Shown one piece after another: positions 46,120-53,474 of a stretch of DNA of 53,474 bases (positions are counted from its first letter, which is position 1; every line of letters starts with the position of its first letter). The notes beneath the pieces are model-generated. The model ran no database searches. It was not told the origin of the DNA and saw only the letters and a program-made list of their open reading frames with translations. The DNA comes from Anaerolineae bacterium (GTDB lineage Bacteria > Chloroflexota > Anaerolineae > B4-G1 > SLSP01). The stretch spans positions 1 through 53,474 of the forward strand of contig JAXGUU010000001.1 in assembly GCA_040774145.1 (NCBI GenBank). Direction: 5' to 3'. The translations under genes and the position numbers were made by a program.

Positions 46120-47217
46120 ATGAAGAGCGTCGATCGAATCCGTCCGGACATCGTCACCATGGAACCCTACACGCCCATCTATCCGTTTGAGGTGCTGGCA
46201 GCGCGATTGGGGCGTGAACCGGACGAGATCATCAAGCTGGATGCCAACGAGAATCCCTATGGGCCCTCACCGCGTGTGCGGTCAGCCCTGGCGGATATGC
46301 CCTTCGTTCATGTCTATCCGGATCCGGAGAGCCGAGCGCTCCGCGCGGGATTGGAGGCCTTCACGGACGTGCCTGCAGCCTTCCTGCTGGCGGGTTCCGG
46401 GGCCGATGAGCTGCTGGACCTGGTGATGCGCCTCTTTCTGGAGCCCGGCGATACCATTGTGAACTGCCCACCGACATTCGGTATGTACTCTTTCGACGCC
46501 GCAATCAGCGGTGCCGGCGTGATCTCGGTGCCGCGTCGCGATGACTTCTCGATCGATGTCGCGGCGGTCGAGGCGGCGGTGGTCGAGCGGCGTCCCAAGT
46601 TGCTCTTCGTGACCTCACCCAACAACCCCGACGGCAGCTGGCTGCCCGACGATGACCTGGCGCGGCTGCTGGCGCTTCCGGTGACCGTCGTGCTGGATGA
46701 GGCGTATGTGGAGTTCGCCGGCATGGAGCACAGCCGCATACGGCAGGTGCCGGAGTGTGACAACTTGATCGTGCTGCGCACCTTCAGCAAGCTGGCGGCG
46801 CTGGCTGGGTTGCGGGTCGGCTATGGCGCCTTTCCTGAGGCGCTGATGCCGCACCTCTGGAAGATCAAACAGCCCTACAATGTCTCGGTCGCCGCCTCCA
46901 CGGCTGCCCTCGCGGCGCTGGAGGATCTGGCATGGTTGACCGACAAGGTCGAACGGATCGTGGCGGAGCGGGAGCGCTTCTCTGCTCTGCTTGCCTCGAT
47001 CCCCTATCTGAGGCCCTATCCCTCGGAGTCGAATTTCATCCTCTGCCGCGTGGTGGGGCGTGGGGCCGAGGAGCTCAAGCTAGCGCTGGAGCGTGAGGGG
47101 ATTCTGATCCGTTATTACCGCACGGCGCGTTTGGCGGACCACGTGCGCTTCACCGTGGGAAGGCCTGAACAGACGGATGCTGTCATCGCGGCGTTGAACG
47201 CCCTACGCCTAGAGTGA
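46120..47217 (+). CDS. hisC: Histidinol-phosphate aminotransferase
   Basis: [12 protein letters not shown], and the PLP-lysine block [16 protein letters not shown]. Confidence 0.92.
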   Translation: MKSVDRIRPDIVTMEPYTPIYPFEVLAARLGREPDEIIKLDANENPYGPSPRVRSALADMPFVHVYPDPESRALRAGLEAFTDVPAAFLLAGSGADELLDLVMRLFLEPGDTIVNCPPTFGMYSFDAAISGAGVISVPRRDDFSIDVAAVEAAVVERRPKLLFVTSPNNPDGSWLPDDDLARLLALPVTVVLDEAYVEFAGMEHSRIRQVPECDNLIVLRTFSKLAALAGLRVGYGAFPEALMPHLWKIKQPYNVSVAASTAALAALEDLAWLTDKVERIVAERERFSALLASIPYLRPYPSESNFILCRVVGRGAEELKLALEREGILIRYYRTARLADHVRFTVGRPEQTDAVIAALNALRLE

Positions 47218-47247
47218 GATCCAGCGGCGGGAATGGAGTGTGAGCCT

Positions 47248-47835
47248 ATGAGAACAGCCGAACTTAAGCGCGAGACTAGCGAGACCAGGATTGAGGTGGC
47301 CCTGAACCTGGATGGCAGCGGTAGCTGCGACATCGCTACCGGTGTGGGCTTTCTCGACCATATGCTGCACCACGTCGCCGTCCATGGTCTCTTCGACCTG
47401 CGCGTACGCGCCGAGGGTGATCTGGAGGTGGACGCCCATCACACGGTTGAGGACGTCGCCCTGGCGCTTGGCGCGGCCTTCGATCAGGCGCTGGGTGCGC
47501 GGAAGGGCTTGGTGCGGATGGGGTCGTCCTACGTGCCGATGGATGAGGCCCTGGGATTCGTGGCGGTGGACCTTTCCGGTCGCCCCTATGCCGTCGTGGA
47601 GGTGCCGTGGACCGGCCTGGAGGTGGGCGGGGTGCCGGTCACGCTCTGGGAGCACGCCTTTGCGTCGTTTGCAGTCGCCTCGCGATCGAATGTCCACGCT
47701 CGCGTCCTCTATGGTCGAGACGACCATCACAAGCTCGAAGCGCTCTTCAAAGCGCTCGGACGCGCTCTGGACGCTGCCACCCGGCTCGACGCTCGCCGCG
47801 GCGATGCCGTCCCCTCGACTAAGGGCACGCTCTGA
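47248..47835 (+). CDS. hisB: Imidazoleglycerol-phosphate dehydratase
   Basis: [40 protein letters not shown] 47248 is better spaced from GGAG than the track start 47233. Confidence 0.92.
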   Translation: MRTAELKRETSETRIEVALNLDGSGSCDIATGVGFLDHMLHHVAVHGLFDLRVRAEGDLEVDAHHTVEDVALALGAAFDQALGARKGLVRMGSSYVPMDEALGFVAVDLSGRPYAVVEVPWTGLEVGGVPVTLWEHAFASFAVASRSNVHARVLYGRDDHHKLEALFKALGRALDAATRLDARRGDAVPSTKGTL

Positions 47836-48494
47836 TGATCGCCCTGATTGACTATGGAGCGGGCAATGTGCGCTCGGTCGGTAAGGCGCTGGCTGCCGTA
47901 GGGGCGGAGGTCGTGCTGGCCCGTGATGCTGCAACGGTTCTGGCGGCTGAGAAGGTGGTCCTGCCGGGGGTGGGGGCTTTCGCCGACTGTATGGAGAGCC
48001 TCGCGCGGCTGGACCTGATCGGACCGATCCGCGAGGTCGTTGCCGCTGGCACGCCCTTTTTGGGCATCTGCGTGGGCATGCAGGTGCTGTTCGAGTATGG
48101 GGAGGAGCTTGGGGGCCACGAAGGGTTGGGGCTCCTATCCGGGCGGGTCATCCCGTTTCCTCTGCCGACCGAGACGATGCGTCAGCAGTCTGCCGAAGCG
48201 CTGAAGGTGCCGCACACCGGCTGGAACCAGGTCGAGGGCGTCGTCGACACGCCGCTGCTGGTGGATAGTCCTCAGGGGGCCTGGGCTTACTTCAACCACG
48301 GGTTCCTCTGTCGTGCCCTCCCGGAGGACACGTTGGCGACCACGGACTACGGCGGCGCCTTTGCCTCCGTGGTGGGGCGCGGGTCTCTGTTCGGTGTGCA
48401 GTTTCATCCCGAGAAGAGCCAAGCCGTGGGGCTGCACCTGCTGCGTAACTTCGTGGAGCGTGTGCCCGACGCGCTCGGGGAGGCGAGCCGATGA
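47835..48494 (+). CDS. hisH: Imidazole glycerol phosphate synthase, glutaminase subunit
   Basis: IALIDYGAGN, LPGVGAF, LGICVGMQ, QFHPEKS. TGATG overlap with hisB. Confidence 0.93.
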   Translation: MIALIDYGAGNVRSVGKALAAVGAEVVLARDAATVLAAEKVVLPGVGAFADCMESLARLDLIGPIREVVAAGTPFLGICVGMQVLFEYGEELGGHEGLGLLSGRVIPFPLPTETMRQQSAEALKVPHTGWNQVEGVVDTPLLVDSPQGAWAYFNHGFLCRALPEDTLATTDYGGAFASVVGRGSLFGVQFHPEKSQAVGLHLLRNFVERVPDALGEASR

Positions 48495-49261
48495 CAGAAC
48501 AACCGGCACCGGCGGCATTCGACATCTACCCGGCGATCGACCTGCGGGAGGGGCGTGTCGTGCGCCTGGCCCAAGGGGATCCTGAACGCGAGACGGCCTA
48601 TGGGCACGACCCGCTGCGCGTTGCCCGTCGTTGGGAGGCCTCCGGGGCGTGCTGGGTCCACGTCGTGAACCTCGACGGCGCCTTCGGCGAAGCGGGGGCG
48701 GAAAACCAACGGGCGCTGGCGCACATCCTCCAGACCTCGCTCAAGGTGCAGTTTGGAGGCGGTATGCGCGATGCGACAGCACTCGCGCGGGCGCTGGACC
48801 TGGGCGCCTCACGTGTCGTCGTGGGCACCGGCTTCGCCGAAGATCCGGCGTTCGTGCACGCAGCTCTCCAGACCTATGGGCCGGAGCGCGTGGCTGTCGG
48901 GATTGATGCCCGCGACGGGATCGTTCAGATCCGGGGGTGGCAGGCGGCGGCGCCTTTCCATGCTCTCGATCTGGCGCGAAGCTGGGCTGAGCTGGGAGGT
49001 CGCTGGTTGATCTTCACGGACATCTCCCGGGATGGTATGGGGAGTGGGGTCAATGTCCAAGCGACCGCCGAACTGGCGCGGGAGACCGGGCTTAACGTCA
49101 TCGCCTCGGGTGGGGTCGCTACATTGGATGACGTGCGCCGCGTGCGTGATGCCGGTCTCGCGGGCGTGATCATCGGGCGGGCGCTCTATGAACAGCAGGT
49201 CGATCTGGAGGACGCGTTGGGTCTCTGCGACAGCAGCCTGCCGCGCCATCCATCTCGCTGA
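48491..49261 (+). CDS. hisA: ProFAR isomerase
   Basis: IYPAIDLREGRVVRL, GGGMRD, IASGGV. ATGA overlap with hisH. Confidence 0.92.
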   Translation: MTEQPAPAAFDIYPAIDLREGRVVRLAQGDPERETAYGHDPLRVARRWEASGACWVHVVNLDGAFGEAGAENQRALAHILQTSLKVQFGGGMRDATALARALDLGASRVVVGTGFAEDPAFVHAALQTYGPERVAVGIDARDGIVQIRGWQAAAPFHALDLARSWAELGGRWLIFTDISRDGMGSGVNVQATAELARETGLNVIASGGVATLDDVRRVRDAGLAGVIIGRALYEQQVDLEDALGLCDSSLPRHPSR

Positions 49262-49270
49262 GGAGGTGAT

Positions 49271-50053
49271 ATGTTAGCCAAACGGATTATCCCGTGTCTT
49301 GACGTTAAAGAAGGACGCGTGGTGAAGGGCGTGAACTTCGTCAACCTGCGCGATGCCGGCGACCCTGTGGAGCAGGCGCGCGTCTACGACGCGCAGGGCG
49401 CCGACGAGCTGGTCTTCCTCGACATCTCGGCGACGCACGAGGGGCGTCAGACGATGCTCGATGTGGTGCGCCGGGTTGCGGTGGAGGTCTTCATGCCCTT
49501 CACCGTGGGCGGTGGCGTGCGGACGATTGAGGATGTCCGTAACCTCCTGCTGGCAGGCGCGGACAAGGTGAGCATCAACTCCGCCGCGGTGCACACGCCG
49601 GAGGTCCTCACGGCGGGGGCCGAGCGCTTCGGCAGCCAGTGCATTGTCCTGGCGGTCGACGCGAAGCGCGTCGATCCTCAGCCGGACGAGGCGGGGGCGT
49701 CACCACGCTGGGAGGTGTATGTGAGCGGGGGACGCGTCGCCACCGGTCTGGATGTGGTGGACTGGTGCGTTCGGGGTGTGGCGCTGGGGGCCGGTGAGAT
49801 CCTGCTCACCAGCATGGACAGCGACGGCACGCTGGCGGGCTATGACCTAGAGCTGACCCGCACCATCGCCGAGGCGGTCTCCGTCCCGGTGATTGCCAGC
49901 GGCGGCGCCGGGACGCTGGCGCACTTCGCCGATGTGCTGACGGCAGGGAAGGCCGACGCTGCGCTGGCGGCCTCGCTCTTCCACGATCGCGTGCTGAGCA
50001 TCGCCGAAGTCAAGGACTATCTGGAGGCGCACGGCATCGTCGTGCGGCGTTGA
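49271..50053 (+). CDS. hisF: Imidazole glycerol phosphate synthase, cyclase subunit
   Basis: [30 protein letters not shown]. Confidence 0.95.
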   Translation: MLAKRIIPCLDVKEGRVVKGVNFVNLRDAGDPVEQARVYDAQGADELVFLDISATHEGRQTMLDVVRRVAVEVFMPFTVGGGVRTIEDVRNLLLAGADKVSINSAAVHTPEVLTAGAERFGSQCIVLAVDAKRVDPQPDEAGASPRWEVYVSGGRVATGLDVVDWCVRGVALGAGEILLTSMDSDGTLAGYDLELTRTIAEAVSVPVIASGGAGTLAHFADVLTAGKADAALAASLFHDRVLSIAEVKDYLEAHGIVVRR

Positions 50054-50059
50054 CCCGAG

Positions 50060-50752
50060 ATGACGGAAAACCGACGAGCGATAACCGGTCCTGAGGTCGG
50101 CCCAATGCCACTGACTTATGATGCCCGCGGACTTATCCCTGCCGTGCTGCAGGACGCTGCGACGGGTGAGATCCTGATGATGGCGTGGATGAACGAAGAG
50201 GCGCTGCAGCTCACCCTGGAGACCCGGGAGGCGCACTTCTGGAGCCGCAGCCGCCGGACGCTGTGGCATAAGGGGGCGACCTCGGGGAACGTGCAGCGAG
50301 TGACCGAGATCCGGGTTGATTGCGACGCGGATGTGCTGCTGCTCAAGGTGGAGCCGGCCGGTCCGGCGTGTCACACGGGCGAGCGAAGCTGCTTCTACCG
50401 ACGACTCTGGCCTCGCGACCTGCGCGTGGCGATGCCGATCCCCGAAGCCACCGTACCGGAAGAGAGGGATGCGATGGACGATGTTCTGGATGAGCTGTTC
50501 GACGTGATTCTAGACCGCAAGGCGAATCCGACGCCGGGGTCGTACACGGCGAAGCTGTTGGACGGCGGGGACGAGGTCCTGAAGAAGGTGGGCGAGGAGG
50601 CCATGGAGGTGCTGCTGGCGGGCAAAGGTCAGAGCGACCAGCGCCTCGTCGAGGAGTCCGCGGACCTGCTCTATCACCTGCTGGTGCTCCTAGCATCGCG
50701 AGATCTGACGCTGGACGACGTACGGCGCGAGTTGGCGAAGCGGCGCCGCTAG
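50060..50752 (+). CDS. hisI: Bifunctional phosphoribosyl-AMP cyclohydrolase / phosphoribosyl-ATP pyrophosphatase
   Basis: [35 protein letters not shown], then the HisE-like part SYTAKLL ... [14 protein letters not shown]-type block ([14 protein letters not shown]). Confidence 0.92.
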   Translation: MTENRRAITGPEVGPMPLTYDARGLIPAVLQDAATGEILMMAWMNEEALQLTLETREAHFWSRSRRTLWHKGATSGNVQRVTEIRVDCDADVLLLKVEPAGPACHTGERSCFYRRLWPRDLRVAMPIPEATVPEERDAMDDVLDELFDVILDRKANPTPGSYTAKLLDGGDEVLKKVGEEAMEVLLAGKGQSDQRLVEESADLLYHLLVLLASRDLTLDDVRRELAKRRR

Positions 50753-50776
50753 GCTCAGGTCGAGACGTTCACGCCC

Positions 50777-51475
50777 CTAGGCTGGGACAAAGGGCTCGAG
50801 GATCGAGGGCCAGAGCAAGGGCGCCCGCAGTCGCCTCTGGCTCTCCATCGCCAGCTCGGTGATGTGCTGCATCATCCGGCGGGAGACCTGCCGGACGTAG
50901 GCACGGTCGTCGATGCTCCCATCGAAGCGCAGTGGCTCACCCACCGTGACACCGTAGGGGCCGCGAAGGGCGTAGCGGCTCTCAATCCACGTGCCCCCCA
51001 TGTCGCTTTCGATATGCCATAGCCCACGCGGTGAGAGACTGATGCCCAGCGGGATCACGGGGGCACCGGTCAACAGGGCCAGGCGCGCTGCGCCTGTGTG
51101 CGGGGCACAGAAGCCACCCTCTTTGGGGCTGAGGTGACCCTCAGGGAAGATGATGAGCGTGCCGCCCTGGTGCAGGTGCTGTGTGGCAGCTTCGAAGGCC
51201 GGACGACCGTTGTCGGGATGGACCGGAATGTGGCCGGACATGTGCAGATAGTGACCGAAGAGCGGTACGTCAAACGCGTGGTGGATGACGAGGACCCGTG
51301 ACGGCTCGCGCACGACGTGGGCCACGAGGAAGGGATCCGACGTGCTGGGGTGATTTGCCGCGATGATCTTCGCCCCCTTGGGGAGTGGTGTGTGGCGGTG
51401 AACGTTCAGTTGCAGCATGCGCCCATATAGGCTCGTCAGAGGCCGTGATAGCCAGTAGATGGATTGCCTAAGCAC
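50777..51475 (-). CDS. plsC: Lysophospholipid (1-acyl-sn-glycerol-3-phosphate) acyltransferase family protein
   Basis: HX4D block ANHPSTSDPF and FPEG block IIFPEGHLS. GTG start. Confidence 0.7.
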   Translation of the reverse strand: MLRQSIYWLSRPLTSLYGRMLQLNVHRHTPLPKGAKIIAANHPSTSDPFLVAHVVREPSRVLVIHHAFDVPLFGHYLHMSGHIPVHPDNGRPAFEAATQHLHQGGTLIIFPEGHLSPKEGGFCAPHTGAARLALLTGAPVIPLGISLSPRGLWHIESDMGGTWIESRYALRGPYGVTVGEPLRFDGSIDDRAYVRQVSRRMMQHITELAMESQRRLRAPLLWPSILEPFVPA

Positions 51476-51715
51476 GTCGTGTATCCTCTCTTCCGATGAT
51501 CTCTCCGATACTGCCGGGTGTGTGGCTCTTACAGATCTAACACCCCGGTCTGACGGAAGTTACGTCGTTGGCCTGGGTGTTCCTACTGTGAGGTCGGAGT
51601 GTACTTAGAATATCCATATTTTGGTGGCCCTACCTAGCGGGCGGCTAACAACCGGCAACACGACGGCCCGTCGTCTAGCCGGGGTGCAGCGTTAGGCGGC
51701 AGGCGCTCTGCGGAG

Positions 51716-53236
51716 TCAGTTGGCAACGCGTGTGAGGACCTCCATGCCCAGCGCGGCGCCCTGCACGGCGATTGAGGCGAGCAATACACAGGTGCCGAGT
51801 GACCAGCCCAGAACGCGGCTGATCCTGCGGGCGTTGCGGGGTTGTTGGGCGAGCAATGAGGAGACGATCACGGTTGCCGACACAACCCACACCTCGATGA
51901 TCCAGAGATAGGCCCAGTGGTGCCAGTTGCCCGAGAAGGTCGTGTAGGTGAAGAGGACACCATTGGCAGAGATGATCGCTGCCGGGATGGAGAGCCAGAT
52001 CGTGCGGGTCACAGCCATCAGCAAGAAGAGCGCTCCGCCGATGAGGAGCAACTCCATCGGCCATCCCCGCTCGAAGATCGCCCAGTTCTCCAGCACCGAG
52101 GAGACGGTCAGACCGAAGAGGTTGCCCAGCGAAATGATGCCGATGGCCATGAAGATGCCTTTGGCGACGCGGTGAGACACAGGGTCGGCCTCTTCCTCCG
52201 CCGTTTGGTCTGCACCGACGTAAGCTGATGCGAGCGTCGGGTCGATGTCGGCGTCGGCTATGGATGGGTCGATGAGTTCGCGGGCGGGGGCGTCAGAGGC
52301 CACCATGACCGGCTCCGACGGTGCATCAGAGGTGCGAAAAGAGAGGGCCGGTGGAATGCGATCAGGGAGCGCGGTGCCGGCCTCATCGGCGGCCTGTTTC
52401 AAGTCGGCTGCCATCGCGAGGGCGTGCGGATAGCGATCGTCCGGAGACTTAGCCAGCGCCTTGAGGACGACGCGCTCAAGGGAAGGGGGAATCTCCTGGT
52501 TGAGTTCGTGAGGCGGTGAGAGTGGATCCTGGAGGTGTTTCAGCATCGTGGCGAGTGGGGTCTCGGCCTCGAAGGGAATGCGTTGGGTGAGCAACTCGAA
52601 GAGGATCACGCCGAGTGCATAGAGATCGCTGCGTGCGTCGCTCTGCCCTTGCAGTCCCTGTTCAGGCGCCATGTACTCGGGTGTCCCCATCAGCGCGCCG
52701 GTCGCGGTTACCTTGGTCCCGCCGACCATCGTCGCGATGCCGAAGTCGCTGATGACGGCTTGTCCCCGTTTGGTCAGCAGGATATTGGATGGCTTGAGAT
52801 CGCGATGGACGACGCCCTCGCTGTGGGCATAGGCAAGCCCGTCCAGCACATCCAGCATGATGCGCACGATCTCGCCGAGCGGCATACGCCGGTTGCGACG
52901 ACGGTAATCGTCGAGCCGTGCCTTGAGGGTGTCGCCCTCGAGGTACTCCATCACCATATAGGTGAGGTCCCCCGCTACGTCAAAGTCAAAGACCTGGACG
53001 ATATGGGGGTGACGCAGGTTGGCGATGGCCCGCGCCTCGCGCTGGAATCGCGCGAGGAAGGCCGTCTCATCTGCCAGGTCGAAGCGCAGTAGCTTGAGCG
53101 CCACATAGCGGTCAAGCTGCGGGTGGTAGGCCCGGTAGACGAGAGCCATACCGCCGCGTCCTAGGGGCTCGAGGATGTGGTATTTTCCGAGTGTCTGTCC
53201 TTCGAACGAGGTTCTGATCATAACAGCCTGCGCCAT
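51716..53236 (-). CDS. Hanks-type Ser/Thr protein kinase with a polytopic C-terminal membrane domain
   Basis: LGRGGMALVYRAY, VALKLL, HRDLKPSNILL, SDFGIA, GTPEYMAPEQ. The C-terminal ~170 aa has about five hydrophobic helices. ATG 53236 is internal to track ORF 51716..53386. Confidence 0.88.
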   Translation of the reverse strand: MAQAVMIRTSFEGQTLGKYHILEPLGRGGMALVYRAYHPQLDRYVALKLLRFDLADETAFLARFQREARAIANLRHPHIVQVFDFDVAGDLTYMVMEYLEGDTLKARLDDYRRRNRRMPLGEIVRIMLDVLDGLAYAHSEGVVHRDLKPSNILLTKRGQAVISDFGIATMVGGTKVTATGALMGTPEYMAPEQGLQGQSDARSDLYALGVILFELLTQRIPFEAETPLATMLKHLQDPLSPPHELNQEIPPSLERVVLKALAKSPDDRYPHALAMAADLKQAADEAGTALPDRIPPALSFRTSDAPSEPVMVASDAPARELIDPSIADADIDPTLASAYVGADQTAEEEADPVSHRVAKGIFMAIGIISLGNLFGLTVSSVLENWAIFERGWPMELLLIGGALFLLMAVTRTIWLSIPAAIISANGVLFTYTTFSGNWHHWAYLWIIEVWVVSATVIVSSLLAQQPRNARRISRVLGWSLGTCVLLASIAVQGAALGMEVLTRVAN

Positions 53237-53241
53237 ACGCG

Positions 53242-53474
53242 TTAGCGTGCGATGAGCTTGTAGCCCAGGCCGCGCAGCGTGATCAGCACGTGTGGGTTGT
53301 AGGGATCGGTCTCGATCTTGGCCCGCAGCCGGCGCACGAGGTTTTCGATCTGGTAGTCGTAGACGGCGCTCTGGTACTCGGGCCACACGGCGCGCGCGAT
53401 CTCGTCCTTCGAGCAGACCTCGTTGCTTCGTTCGTAGAGGTAGGCCGCGAGGGCGAACTCCTTGGGTGAGAGCT
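53242..53474 (-). CDS. C-terminal OmpR/PhoB-type winged-helix DNA-binding domain of a regulator; the N-terminus lies beyond the window edge
   Basis: My own translation of the minus strand gives LSPKEFALAAYLYERSNEVCSKDEIARAVWPEY ... IENLVRRLRAKIETDPYNPHVLITLRGLGYKLIAR-stop. The TAA stop at 53244-53242 lies 5 nt before the kinase ATG. Confidence 0.8.
   Translation of the reverse strand, partial: LSPKEFALAAYLYERSNEVCSKDEIARAVWPEYQSAVYDYQIENLVRRLRAKIETDPYNPHVLITLRGLGYKLIAR

Noticed and set aside
51476-51715. Possible small RNA or terminator between plsC and the Ser/Thr kinase
   Set aside because: Only short, imperfect stems of 5-7 bp and an AT-rich patch are present. Nothing rises above what the divergent promoter and kinase 3' end would explain.

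Overview
GC-rich, densely coding chromosomal segment: about 47 protein genes, one tRNA, no rRNA. Gene content and synteny look like the core genome of a monoderm, high-GC bacterium (Chloroflexota/Actinomycetota-like; the taxon is inference only). Left to right:
- glnE (partial, open to the left edge; not in the ORF track), divergent from glnA.
- A multi-GAF histidine kinase plus a double-receiver LuxR regulator.
- An FmdB zinc-ribbon gene with two paralogous membrane-anchored clan GH-A glycosidases.
- tRNA-Leu(UAG), then an isolated nuoB-nuoCD-nuoI module.
- A minus-strand block: AGE-family epimerase, tpiA, pgk, gap, yvcK, rsfS, three tandem M42 peptidases, a Thr/Pro-rich anchored protein and a DUF211 gene.
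- A Tad/Flp-type pilus operon (cpaB, REC-cpaE, cpaF, tadB, tadC) running straight into comFC and hpf.
- lon and folC.
- A three-gene cassette (two SPFH-like membrane proteins plus an unassigned protein) coupled to a PfkB kinase and a Zn-ADH.
- A complete hisG-D-C-B-H-A-F-IE operon behind a terminator-containing leader.
- plsC, a membrane Ser/Thr kinase and a partial OmpR-type regulator.

I see no transposase, integrase, CRISPR array or recognisable defence genes, so most of the window is ordinary housekeeping. The best candidates for something undescribed are:
- the SPFH-SPFH-ORF3 cassette (37.5-41.6 kb);
- the ACT-domain-containing GlnE with its consensus leaderless promoter and operator palindrome;
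- the tad-comFC operon fusion;
- two structured non-coding elements, one downstream of glnA and one upstream of hisG.

All product calls rest on motif recognition by eye in the supplied translations or my own translation. No searches were run.
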